This document shows positions 10,303 to 21,691 of a stretch of DNA of 35,285 nt, one piece after another. The notes under the pieces are model-generated. The model did not search any database and had not been told where the DNA came from. It saw only the letters and a list, made by a program, of their open reading frames with translations. Every line of letters begins with the position of its first letter. The stretch's first letter is position 1. Made by a program: the position numbers and the translations under genes. Source of the stretch: Octopus bimaculoides (Eukaryota); NCBI RefSeq assembly GCF_001194135.2, contig NC_068981.1, positions 136,101,646 through 136,136,930 on the forward strand, given 5' to 3'.

Positions 10303-11261
10303 CGGCAGGAGCAGAATTAATACCAAAGGGTATTATATCTATGAAGATACATCCGAAAATCAACGAATGTCCGTAGAGTAGATATAAAAGAAAATATGTA
10401 AACAGGAGAGTATGGATTGAGCACACACGCTATATTGCATGATACTACAATTGTTTCATCCTTACTTTACCGATAGATAATTACCGAATTATTATTGTAT
10501 AATAATTACATTAAATTTATTATATTACATCTGTATTATTACAGCAACACTAGTGAATGAAGGCTTGTCAGATATGAACGCAAAATGTTTGCTAAATTAA
10601 ACCATATTCCACAGAATATATATCTTAGCACATTAAAAAAAAAGACCAAATACCACTGAAACATTAACTACTAACACAGAGTGAATGAAGAAGAATAATA
10701 GAAGTAGACTAATCAAAAAAGAAAGAAGAAAAACTAGAAATTCAATCTTTCGTATGTGTGCTATTTTTGCACTTGCATAAAATAAGTATATTTTCAAATT
10801 AACGAAAGCGAAACACATACAACATAAACATCGTAACATGTACGTCGGTTAATGGTTCCTAGAAAAACGACAGAACGTGAAGAAACATTTTTTAAAAACT
10901 GATTAGCTTGTATCTCTTTTAATAAATGGTTTGTACAGATTTTCACAGGTGTTTGATTTGGTTTTCTACTTCAGTATTGGCTTTTGGCTAGTTTTTTTTT
11001 TGCATATATGTTTGCTGAGACCGACGTAAAATCGGATAAATCGATTGAAGTTGAGGTTTATTTCTTCTGTTAATTTTTTTAAAAAACATCAAACGAGGTA
11101 AAGTCGAAAAAGACGTAACCCAAACCGATTTAAGTTAAGGTATTCCTGTATAACAATTGAAAAACTTAGATCGATCGAAATTATCCAACTAATTGACAAA
11201 TTAAAAATCCCTTTAGAGGTATTTAATATTGGTTCAAATGTTTGCACAAGACCAACAAGTT

Positions 11262-11437
11262 CGGATAAGGGAAAAAATCGATTACATGACCCCAGTGTTT
11301 CACTGGTACTTATTTTATCGACTCCGAAAGAATGAAAGGCAAAGTCGACCACGGCAGAATTTGAACTCAGCGTGTAAAGAAAAACAAAATGCCACTAAGC
11401 ATTTTGTCTGGCATGCTAATGATTCTGCCAATTTGCC
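11262..11437 (-). mobile_element. SINE family B
   Basis: Reverse complement of the head and core. Confidence 0.85.
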
Positions 11438-11475
11438 ATGTTAGAGGATATTAATTGTAAAAAATAAATAAAAAC

Positions 11476-11630
11476 ATAGACGCAGGCATTGTTGTGTGAT
11501 TCGTAACCACGTGCTTATGGGTTGAGCCCCACTGTGTAGCACTTCTGGTAAGTGTCTTTTACTATAGCTCTGCGCCAACCGATACCTTGTGAGTGAATTT
11601 GGTATACGGAAACTGTGTGGAAGCCCAGCA
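11476..11630 (+). mobile_element. SINE family A, 5' half, decayed
   Basis: ATAGACGCAGGC..CCCACTGTGTAGCAC..CTTGTGAGTGAATTTGGTATACGGAAACTG. Confidence 0.7.
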
Positions 11631-11680
11631 TATAAACACATACATATTCATCATTATCATCATCATCATTCCCATCATCA

Positions 11681-11845
11681 GTTCTATTTTTAAGAGATGA
11701 GGAATTATGGACATTATTTACATTTGACGGATATTTGTCCTCATCTTATTTGTTGTTATCACAACATTACGGCTGATACACCCTCCAGCCTTCATCGGGT
11801 GTCTTGGGGAAATTCGAATCTAGGTTCCTAAGGTATTTTTCGATG

Positions 11846-11910
<65 letters not shown>

Positions 11911-12060
11911 ACAACATCGAAAAATACCTTAGGAATGAGAACCCAGGTTCGAAATTTCCCCAAGACACCTGATGAAGGCTGAGGGTGTATCAGCCGAAAC
12001 GTTGTGATAATAACAAACAAGATGAGGACAAATATCCGTCAAATGTAAATAATGTAAATA
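11681..12060. mobile_element. Foldback element of two inverted Penelope-like pLTR arms around (ATT)n
   Basis: Arms 11701-11847 and 11913-12065 are reverse complements with scattered mismatches and a 6-nt indel. The spacer is about 20 ATT units. A 13-bp direct repeat ATTCCCATCATCA lies at 11668-11680 and 12061-12073. Confidence 0.8.
11964..12008 (+). ncRNA. Minimal type I hammerhead ribozyme motif
   Basis: GACAC-CTGATGA-A-GGCTG(AGGGTGTAT)CAGCC-GAAAC-GT-T-GTG. Core CUGAUGA/GAAA is intact, stem II has 5 bp, stem III is the palindrome ACGT, the predicted cleavage triplet is GUU and stem I is CAC/GTG. Confidence 0.7.
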
Positions 12061-12069
12061 ATTCCCATC

Positions 12070-12500
12070 ATCATTTGACATTTATTCTCAATGCTGGTAT
12101 GAGTCGGGCGCTTTGACAGGGGCTGCGCCAAGCTCCAATATCTGCTTTCGCAGGGATTCTACGGCTTGATACCATTCCTAACGCCAGCCACTTTACATAT
12201 TCTACTGGATACCATTTTGCTTCGTACTAGCACTAGTGATAAGGCAAGACAAAGACCCTGAACTGAGTGGAGGGGTTGTATTGAAGGAGATGAATTTAAA
12301 CCAGGTGGTGAGATGTTAAAGTATAATAGGGGAACATGAATGGGTGTCTTACAATAGGAGAGAAGGTGAAAAGGCGCATTCAGTGGAAGTACGTGTTGAA
12401 AGAAGTGACCTCATAATTGCAGCGACTGATTAAGTAGCTTTGCAGTAAGATATGTGATGGGGAGGTGGCTATTAGGAAGATAAGTTATAGGAGGGGTGGG
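12070..12500 (-). mobile_element. Decayed non-LTR retroelement 3' end with (CAT)n tail, family uncertain
   Basis: (CAT)n tract interrupted by the foldback, followed by CTACGGCTTGATACCATTCCTAACGCCAGCCA, which resembles a widespread retroposon tail I recall. No clean protein motif. Confidence 0.35.
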
Positions 12501-12554
12501 TGATTGGAAAATGGGTTGGGTTGGTGGTTCACCAGGAAGGGATTTGGTGTCTCG

Positions 12555-13003
12555 CACTATGCCAAATTGCTGAGGCAGTTACGAAAGGCTATCAAGACCA
12601 AACGCCCAGGAAAACTGACAAAAAGGGTCTTGTTTCATCAAGATAATGCTCCAGCACACAAGTCTTTGGTTTCAACGGCTGCTGTGCGGGATTGTCGCTT
12701 CGAACAGGCTGACCACCCTCCCTATTCTCCTCATTTGGCCCCATCTGACTATTATCTATTCTCCAACATGGAAAAACACCTGGCTGGGAACCAGTATCGC
12801 TGTGACGAGGACGTCATATCTTCTGTCGATGATTTCTTGACCAACAGGATGAAAGCTTTTTCACCAAAGGGATCCAAGCACTACAACACCGATGGAAGAA
12901 GTGTGTAGGCCGCAACGAGGATTATGTTGAAAAGTAAATTTCATTTGATCTCATTTCATGAGAGTATCTTAGTCAGCCTATGAACTTTCAGCTGACCCTC
13001 GTA
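12555..13003 (+). mobile_element. Mariner (DD34D) transposon, 3' third with right TIR and TA
   Basis: YAKLLRQLRKAIKTKRPGKLTKRVLFHQDNAPAHKS..HPPYSPHLAPSDYYLF (second and third catalytic D). Terminus AACTTTCAGCTGACCCTCG|TA at 13001/13002-13003. Confidence 0.95.
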
Positions 13004-13009
13004 TCTGAC

Positions 13010-13205
13010 CTTTGCGTAGCGGACGGGTTTACCGAGCACTGCAAATCACCAATCATCTCAGTCCTTTGAATTCTCCTCCCAGGGGCTCAACGTCCGCAGG
13101 TTATTTTTCCCTACTTGTCTTCCTGGGTCTTTCTCTTCCGCGGGTTCTATCCATATTTAGCGGTCGGCAATTCTATATGCAGCTGAACTCAACCATATGC
13201 ATCAC
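13010..13205 (-). mobile_element. RTE-clade LINE 3' end fragment
   Basis: Minus strand reads MHMVEFSCI*NCRPLNMDRTRGRERPRKT, the decayed HVxRMxE..GxRGRGRPRKTW C-terminus of RTE ORFs. Confidence 0.6.
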
Positions 13206-13289
13206 TATATATGTATACATGTATATACACACACATACATACATACATACATACATACATACATACATGTATCTGTGTGTGTCTGCATG

Positions 13290-13510
13290 TGTTTGTGTGT
13301 TTATAAGAGTGTCTATTTGTTTGTGTAGATCCCCACCACCACCACCACCACTTTATAACCGGTGTTGGTTTGTTTACATCTTCGAAACTTAGCGGTTTCG
13401 GCAAAAGCGACTGAGAGAATAGATGTTCTGCGGTCGACTTTTTTTTTTAATAAACCCATCAAGTCAGTGCCCCAGCATGGCCACAGTCAAACGACTGAAA
13501 CAATTAAAAG
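13290..13510 (+). mobile_element. SINE family A, 3' half
   Basis: AACTTAGCGGTTTCGGCAAAAG..GTGCCCCAGCATGGCCACAGTCAAACGACTGAAACAA. Confidence 0.8.
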
Positions 13511-13820
13511 ACCATTGGTAAAAAATAGAATAAACAAAGAAGATGACTCCACGAAGAACAACTGATGGAAATTTTGCAGATCGGAATGGGTCTTTTCCTT
13601 ATAGCTAACTGATGAACGAAATGGACATGATTGAGCCTTGGTCGACCTCATCAGAGAAGTATAGCCTATTCAGTTGGCAAGATTTAAAGTAAACAACATA
13701 CATGGAAATACATGGAAATGTGGTAACGCTGATTATAAACGTCAATAAGGCTAAGAGAATATACCTCCGCGTTCACCACCTCATGTTCTTTCACTAGTGT
13801 TATATCTCTTTAAATCATCT

Positions 13821-14142
13821 GGTGAAGACGCGTGGTTTAGTGGTTAGGGTGTTCGGCTCACGATCGTAAGATCGTGAACTCGATTTCTGGCGGCTCGTTC
13901 TCTCCGTAAGCAAGACTCTTCATTTCACGTTACTCCAGTTAACGCAGATGGCAAAAATATGTTGTACCTGTAATTCAAATGGCAGACCTTGTCACATTCT
14001 GTGTGACGCTGAATCCCACTGAGAACTACGTTAAGAGTACGCGTGTCTGTGGAGTGCTCAGTCGCATTTACGTTAATTTTACGAGCAGGCTGTTCCGTTG
14101 ATGGTATCCACTGGAATTCTCGTCGTTTTAACTGAAGGAGTG
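13821..14142 (+). mobile_element. SINE family C, full length
   Basis: tRNA-like head with A box TGGTTTAGTGG and a decayed B box. Body homologous to 4235-4533. Confidence 0.85.
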
Positions 14143-14355
14143 CCAGTTTTTATTCTCATTTTATTTTTTAAAATTCTGTCTCTATAAGTCATCTAAGTAC
14201 TGGAGTATTGGTTTGACTAACTTCACTGACGAAGATAAATAATTCTACGTATTAGTCTACTTCTAAAGTTCACACTCACTCCCTCCTGCATTCCAAATTG
14301 ATAGCACAACACACTAAAAATTATTAAATTCATTTCCGGACACTTCGAGATTTTT

Positions 14356-14394
<39 letters not shown>

Positions 14395-15019
14395 TTCTCT
14401 CGTGCTTTTTTCCTTCATTAATCAATTACTTAATTAACACTGGTAGCTAGAATTTAGCAGTATTTAGCTAGCTTCAAACGAGTGAAAAAACAACAAAACA
14501 ACATAAAACAACAAAACCACTCCCGCAAACACTGGCGCCACCTCCGCCGCCGTCACCACTACTAAAAACAATAACAAATTAAATGAGTCAACGAGGAATC
14601 TATGACAACCAGTCATTTAAAACATCCTCAAATCTTCAGCTACGAAATCTCTGATTTTCTTAAAACATATGAACAACATATTGCTTAAGGTTAACTTTCA
14701 GACCACCAACGAAAAATATCCAGAATTGTATTAGAATACTACCAATGACCTGATTCCCTTTTAAATGCTTTTAATTCATTTAAATCCCGATGCTGTCGCC
14801 CTTGCCATTTTTTTTTACTAATATTAATCATCAATATACATTCTTCCTCATTACCAATGTAATTTTAATTAACTATTTTGGTTCCATTACCTCATATTTT
14901 TACCCACTTTGCAATATGGTTTTTACGCAGAAGGCATCCTTTCTCAAATTATACTTTAAAATTTTCATGCTACTCAGGTTTTTTTCTCTAAAAATCATTT
15001 ATACACACACACACACACC

Positions 15020-15061
<42 letters not shown>

Positions 15062-15459
15062 CGTTATCTATTTTTACTTATTTGAAGTCTTCCTGCACGG
15101 ACGAAGCTGGTTTCTAACAAAGATACAAAGTTCCATTGATGGAATGTTGAATTCAAAAACAATATTACATGTTGAACTTCAGATAAATTTCCCATATTTT
15201 TACTGTTCCGCGTACGGATTGTATTTGTAACATGCATGTTTCTAAAAGCCGTAGCTTTTCCAGATTGTTACCGAGACCTGTGTGTGTGTGTGTATGTGTG
15301 TGTGTGTGTGTGTGTGTGTATGTATACATATGTGTGCACCATCTTAGTTCTAGTGATAACAAACTGTTTCACAGATGAGTTCTCATAATACTGAAACATA
15401 ACTGCAGTTGTCACCGTACTGCCAAACACCAGACTCACTCCCCACTGCGTTGCCGCCTT

Positions 15460-15600
15460 GTAAAGTGGTGGTGTATTGGTAGAGGCGCGAGAGCACTGGA
15501 GAGGATGCTTCAGAGTAATCGTTCCGGCTTACTGCGCTCTGAGTTCAAATGCCGCAGAGGTCAATTTTGTTTTCGATCCTTTCGGAACCGATGTTTTGAG
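15460..15600 (+). mobile_element. SINE family B, strongly decayed
   Basis: CTGAGTTCAAATGCCGCAGAGGTCAATTTTGTTTTCGATCCTTTCGG. Confidence 0.6.
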
Positions 15601-15822
15601 TTCGAATCCCGTTGTAGTTTACTTGTGTGGTGGACTTAATCTGTCGCCCAGTTTAATACCATTACCTGGCATCTGGGGTAGCATTAGTGGCGTCCACCCC
15701 GTCGCAAGCTTTTATGCCAGTTTTACGGTTTGAATAAATAGCCTTCACTCCCCTCCCACCTGTCTTCGAGGCCCTGTAATGAGTTATGGATGCTGCTTTA
15801 CACTTGACTAAAAGTTAAAATG

Positions 15823-16083
15823 TGGAGGCGCGTAGCTTAGTGGTTAAGGTGTCAGTATCATGATCGTAAGATTGTGGTTTCGATTCCTGGACCGGGCGAC
15901 ACGTTGTGTTCTTGAGCAAAACATTTCATTTCACGTTGCTCCAGTCCACTCAGCTGGCAAAAATGAGTAACGCTGCGATGGACTGGCGTCCTGTCCAGCT
16001 GGGGAACACATACGCCAATGAAACCGGGAAACCAGGCTCATGAGCCTGGCTAGGCTTTATAAGGGCGCATTTATTTTATTTAT
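15823..16083 (+). mobile_element. SINE with family C head and a different tail
   Basis: A box TAGCTTAGTGG and B box GTTTCGATTCC. The middle is shared with family C; the tail GCGATGGACTGGCGTCCTGTCCAG (recalled from V-SINE-like tails) ends in (TTTA)n. Confidence 0.8.
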
Positions 16084-17379
16084 TAAAAGTTAAAATAAAA
16101 CATATATTCCGTATTTTTGTTGAAGACATTTTATCCGTATTATGGGTGTAATTTAATAAATTTAGTATCTAGGTTTACATTTTCTATATTAGCACCAACC
16201 TTACTATTTGCTTTTCATGCAGCAGGCGTCGCCGGGTATTCCCCCGCCGCAGTCATTCTTCTAACTTACGGATCAGCAACTTCTCTTTTGTAAAAGTCCA
16301 CTTTCTATTATTTATCTTATACCTGTCTATGGTGCACTTGCATATTATATCATACCTTCCGTAGACAAATATCCTTGTGTATCTGTCTTGCTCCATTTCC
16401 ATCACTGGCAATGTTTATGTATGCAAAAGCATTAAACAAATCCTGTCACAAAACTGTTTTAAAACTACTAATAGCCATATTGTTCACAAATACATTGAAT
16501 TTGGAAACATTTTAGAAAAAGTCCGAGGCTCTCATAGAACACCTCAGTAGTACAATTGTGGGTCGTCAACTCTGGTCAAATGACGCCGCATCGTTATAAA
16601 CAGCAGTCAATTACTTTGTTTGATCAGTTAAATGCCGTGGACTACTTTAAAAAATCTGAGCGTATAAGTACTATGGAAAAGAGCCGGATCAACAGAGGCG
16701 GTAACAGATTCGGTAGAATGCATGGTAAAATTGTCTAAAGGTACTTAGTTACATCTTATGTCTAGAGTCGAAATCATACTGCCGTCAACATCATTATTTT
16801 CCACGTTGAAGTTAATTAATTAAATACAGTAACATACTTCGTCTGTTTCTAAATTATGGGTTGTGGTGAATAGTAAATATCACCAGAGCGACGAATAAAA
16901 TACTTCTGCATTTCGAGTTCAAATCGCGTCCAGGTTAACCATGATTTTCATCCTTCTCTCTTTGATTTTTGCTTCTGTCACTACTTCGTGCCAGCTATAT
17001 CTGTTTTATGCTTTCTTTGAACAGTTCTTGGGACAAGCTAGATGAAAAGAAGTTCCTATACTCTGATTTATGTCTTGTCTGGAGTGTATCGACGTGTTTT
17101 CACAGGTGAAGCTTTCTACGTGAGAAAGTCTCTAGCCAACGACATGATGTTTAAGTGAAAACTTTCTTCTCATACTGTGTAGTGGGAGTGTATCAGGGAG
17201 TAATCTACCGTCACTAATCAATGACATGTCATGTGAGTAAGAGCGTACTTCTCGAACTGCGTAGTACGAGAAAATGAATATCTTTCGGAGCACAGGGAGC
17301 TCTATAAGGAGTGTGACATACGTCAGAAAGTGAATCTGAGAGAGAAAAAAAAGAGAGAAAGAGAGAGGGAAGAATAAAT

Positions 17380-17500
17380 TCCAGTATTTTAGTGGCTCTT
17401 TATTGACCCTGGTGGGATAAAAAAAAATTAAGTTAGCCTCGACGGAATTTTAACTCAAGACACAAGGCGCTGGAACAGTTATTAGCATGACATCTCACCC
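17380..17500 (-). mobile_element. SINE family B fragment, decayed
   Basis: TTTATTGACCCTGG..CCTCGACGGAATTTTAACTCAAGA. Confidence 0.6.
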
Positions 17501-18184
17501 TGTTAATCATCACGCCTGTTATCTCGAAAACTGAAACTGCATAGGGAGTGGGTGTAAAATGAGTACGAGGAGGTAAAATAAGAAATAATTGATTTCTTGC
17601 TGTTTTTTCCCTACCTGTTTGCAACCATAATATCAAAAATATTGCTCCATTGTTTTGTGCAGTTGAGTCAGCAGGTTTGTTTGTTGCTGAAGTTGGGAAA
17701 CCTTCAAATAGAAATCAGCTGAGGAGCTACTTTTTTAAAGAAATATTTCCTCAGCTTTGACCCGACTGTAATTGAGGTTGCTAATAAAAATTTATATTAT
17801 AAAAGAGATGATCTCCGTCTTTCTGTCCATTACAACATCTATTAGACAGTGGGAAGACGGGGAGGAATCAAAAGAGGAGATAACCTTTGTCACAACGTAT
17901 ATTTAGAAGAAGGGAAGGAGAAAAAAGCTGTGATTGAGAAAGAGAAATACAGATAGATAGATAATAACTTACAACTTTTGATTAAAAACGCGGGAATTTT
18001 AAGTGCAAGTCTGTCCACACAACGCAACACAGTTCATAAGTCATTATTTCTACAAGATCGGAAAGTTGAACTGTGAACTTCTATGCTTATTTTGTTTCTT
18101 CTCTTTCTTCATCTCTTTATTCCTTTACTCCTGTCATCTGTGTTGTCATTTCGTTAATTTATATCTTTCTCATTTTCCCTATTC

Positions 18185-18240
18185 GTCTCCGATGACGGAA
18201 TATTCCATACTCTGGGATATCCCAGAAACAGCTGTTAGAC
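18185..18240 (+). ncRNA. Degenerate type I hammerhead ribozyme motif (Penelope-like pLTR remnant)
   Basis: GTCT-CCGATGA-[stem II, imperfect]-GAAACAGCTGT-T-AGAC. Stem I is GTCT/AGAC and stem III the palindrome ACAGCTGT. Core U4 is changed to C. Followed by (AAT)n. Confidence 0.55.
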
Positions 18241-19064
18241 TGAATTTTTTTCCAATAATAATAATGTATATGACTTGAGATGTTTGCTTTGCCTTAAAGA
18301 AAATAGTTTGTGTTGAGTTTTTAGACTTAGTCGAATTTCGTTAATAACAAGTGCCATTTCCCATGATCCTCATTTTTTGACCTTGGTATTTCAAATTTTT
18401 TGTTGTACTTCTAATCCTTTTGTTGGCTGAGGATGGAAACTGATATGTAGGAGTCTTCTGTCAATTATAATTCTGGAGAATTGAAGAAACAAACTTATTT
18501 TGTTTTACTCATTTTGCCCCGCCTACATTTGTCTTTTGTGTGTACAAAGAGAACGGAGTTCATTTTCTGAAATAGTGTCCTGAATATGTTATAGTGTTTT
18601 TAATGCATTTAGTGAAGGTCATTTGCTTTACTGATATAGTTTTTGTAAGAGTACATTTTTTCCTCTCAAAGTCAAAATTGCAGTAAATATTACTTATTGT
18701 GCCCTGCCCACTATATTATTAGTTATTGTTATATTTGGAGATGATTATTATTATTATTATTTTGCCAAATAAACACACGCACTATATATTCATTCTTCAG
18801 TTCAATTTTAATATTGTTCTTATTTTACTGTCTCTTGTCTGGAAATCTTTCGCCACCTATCCTGTGATCTCTTCAGCGACTCTCCATCTCACATGTCTCG
18901 TCCTGTTCTGTTTAGTCCGACTCTAAAATAAGAACAATAATAAAACTGAAGTGAAGAACGAATATAGTGCAAAAAGAAAAAGAAAACAAACGACCATTCC
19001 GAAATATAAGAATATCTGTTTCAACACGATTTCACATCAAGAATTTGCAACACAAACACATTAT

Positions 19065-19215
19065 CGTGTATGTATGTATGTATGTATGTATGTATGTATG
19101 TATGTATGTATGTATGTAGTTGTGTGTGTATGTGTGTGTGTATGTGTGTGTGTATATATATATATAAACACACACACACATATATATATTCACACACACA
19201 TTTATACGCACACAT

Positions 19216-19297
<82 letters not shown>
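19065..19297. repeat. Compound microsatellite (TATG/TG/TA/CA)
   Basis: Direct reading. Confidence 0.9.
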
Positions 19298-19300
<3 letters not shown>

Positions 19301-19409
19301 TTGAGCCTTAGGACTGATAGGGCCAGTTACTCCCCTTTCATCGCGTATAAGTGACTGAGATCACAACATTCCCCTGAACAGGGTGCCGGTCCGTTGCTAG
19401 TTTCAAGGC

Positions 19410-19610
19410 AAACGGTTTTGAGAGGAGGGGAGAAGTCTATTACATCGACATTAGTACTTGGCTTACTACTTGATCTTATCGACCTCCGAAGGAGGATGTA
19501 AAGCAGAGTGTACTTCGGCGGGATTTGAACTCAGACCATAAAGAACCTGAAGAAATGCCTTAAAGCATTTTGATCGACGCACTAACAATTCTACCACCCT
19601 CACCGCCTTA
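19410..19610 (-). mobile_element. SINE family B, decayed
   Basis: Reverse complement of the head TAAGGCGGTGAGG..GAATTGTTAG and of the core. Confidence 0.75.
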
Positions 19611-19899
19611 CTGTCACTATATCCTGTCAATAAAATAAGCTATCACTTGTGTCAATATGAACCCCCTTTCCATGACTATCTCCACGTTTATATTTATGTT
19701 TCAGAGCAAGACTCTGAACTTTACATTGAATCATGTTGCAAATCCGCGGAGAATTGACACAGAAATATGTGTTGTGGTTGTTATGTCGAGAAGTGTCGCT
19801 TATGATTGATTAGCGCCCCATTGTGAACGGGAAATCGGAACAGGGCGTTAGCCATACCCTCTTCATCACCATCATTATCATCATTGTTATAATGATGCG

Positions 19900-20045
19900 G
19901 TGAAGGCGCATGACCTAGTTGTTAAGGCGTTGTACTGACGAGCGTAAGATCGTGGTTTTGATTCCCAGACCGGCGGTGTATTGAAATATCTCTTTACATT
20001 CTGGGTTCAAATCACTTCGAGGCTAACCTCGATTTTCATCCACCT
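19900..20045 (+). mobile_element. SINE C head joined to a SINE B central fragment
   Basis: GGTGAAGGCGCATGACCTAGTTGTTAAGG..TTTTGATTCCCAGACCGG, then TTACATTCTGGGTTCAAATCACTTCGAGG..TTTTCATCC. Confidence 0.55.
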
Positions 20046-20383
20046 CTCTTTTTGACTTTTGCTTTTGTAACCGTTTCGTGGCGGCCATACTTGTAGTTTT
20101 TTTTTTTCTTTTTTCTTATGACATGCTTGATGGAATGAGCAAAACATTTATTTCTCGTTGCTTCTGTCTGCTTGGTTGTAAATGAGTCCAAGTTCAGGAC
20201 CGGTGTGTTTAGGTCCGGCGCCCTGTTCAGAGCCGGTGTAACCTTAGTCACTTTATTCTTAACGAAGAAGTTAACCATACGACGGACCCGCATTCCGTTC
20301 AGCGACGAGCGCGGTGTGTTGTAATCTTGGTCCCTTTATGTGCCATGTAAACCGGTTTGGGTTCTGGCTTTGTGTATCCTGTG

Positions 20384-20471
20384 GTTCATGATACATTTAA
20401 ATCTAGTTCATGATACATTTAAATCTAGTTCATGATACATTTAAATCTAGTTCATGATACATTTAAATCTA
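20384..20471. repeat. Perfect 22-bp minisatellite, 4 copies (GTTCATGATACATTTAAATCTA)
   Basis: Units start at 20384, 20406, 20428 and 20450, with no spacers. Confidence 0.97.
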
Positions 20472-20764
20472 GTCTAAATTAAGTCTATAATGATGTGATC
20501 TTACGTAATCACTTGGTCAGCTACAAATAGCAGCCAAATTTTCCTCAGTACTGTTTTTAAAAAGAAAGTGAAAGTGGGGGTACATAGGAGATAGTAAGTC
20601 CTAGTTTCTCCTCCAAAAGAGTATGTTAGCCCAACCCATCGGAGTTGACCAAAAACTAAGTAACACCACTGCCACCACCATCACTACAGTCATCCTCATA
20701 ATCGTCATCGTAGCCGCTCTCGTCTTCACCGCTGTCGTCATCATTATTAGCATTCTCAATAAAA

Positions 20765-21175
20765 CAGTGAAGTGGCAGAATCGTTAATGCCCGAGCAAAA
20801 TACTTAGCGGTATTTCGTCCGTCTTTATGTTCTGAGTTCAAATTCCGCCGAAGTCGACTTTGTCTTTTATCCTTTCGCGATCCATATAAGTATCCACTGA
20901 GCACTGGAGTCGATGTAATCAACTTACCCCACCCCGAAATTGCTGGCCTTGTACCAAAATTTGAAACCATTATTATCATTCTGAATAAGGCAATGAGCTG
21001 GCAGAATCATTAGCGCGCCACACAAAATGCTAAGCGGTATTTCGTTCGTCTTTACGTTCTGAGTTCAAACTCCGTCGAGGTCGACTTTGTCTTTCATTTT
21101 TTTCGGTGTCGATGAGATAAATACCAGTTGCGCACTGGGTTCGATATAAATAACTTACCCCTCTCCCCCCAAAAT
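20765..21175 (+). mobile_element. Two tandem SINE family B copies (about 20765-20975 and 20985-21175)
   Basis: Head GGCAGAATC.TTA and core GTTCTGAGTTCAAA.TCCG.CGA.GTCGACTTTGTC each occur twice. Confidence 0.9.
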
Positions 21176-21479
21176 AAAATGGATTATTATTCTCAGTATC
21201 ATTTTATGCATTATCAATATCAACATGAAAACAACATTTTAAAACAATTAGTAAATATATTTTTCTTAAATTCGGGATAAAGACATTCTCAAACAGTGAT
21301 AATCGAGATAGGTATGGCTTATACCTTATAATACTTACCACACACGTTGAATAATCTACGTTGTTATATGTTCTTTATCAGTTTGTCAGTTTAATTTTTA
21401 ACCTCCTTTTCCAGTCGGATATTGCGCAATAAACATAGTGTGCACGTTTGACATCCATATAACTATCTCTCAATAAATC

Positions 21480-21650
21480 AATCTGTCAATCAACGAATCA
21501 ATATGTCTATTTATCTATGTCTGCCTCTATGTTTGTCTATCTACCTCTCAACAAATCTACCTATCTATCTAATTACTTCTCAACAAACCAATCTATTTAT
21601 CTGTTTACCTCTCAACAAATCTTTGTCTAGTTATCTATCTGTCTGTCTAC

Positions 21651-21691
<41 letters not shown>
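21480..21691. repeat. Degenerate (TATC)/(TC) microsatellite
   Basis: Direct reading. Confidence 0.8.

Noticed and set aside
14790-15230. 146-aa hydrophobic ORF
   Set aside because: T-rich low-complexity DNA plus TA/TG repeats; no domain or splice evidence.
15372-15397. CAGATGAG..GAAAC hammerhead-like spacing
   Set aside because: Core mismatch and no pairing for stems I, II or III.
15827-15900. tRNA gene (likewise other SINE heads)
   Set aside because: A and B boxes are present, but it continues into a SINE body and lacks a proper acceptor stem.
17717-17756. 9-bp inverted repeat AGCTGAGGA/TCCTCAGCT
   Set aside because: Short enough to arise by chance in 35 kb, with no supporting context.
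18266-18700. Possible antisense Penelope ORF remnant next to the degenerate hammerhead
   Set aside because: Manual translation gave only weak resemblance with several stops; it needs a profile search.
20384-20471. CRISPR-like array
   Set aside because: The units are contiguous with no spacers, there are no cas genes and the context is eukaryotic.
20656-20979. ORF with an acidic D/E/G tail
   Set aside because: Antisense SINE B joined to a decayed CAT/CAC trinucleotide tract.
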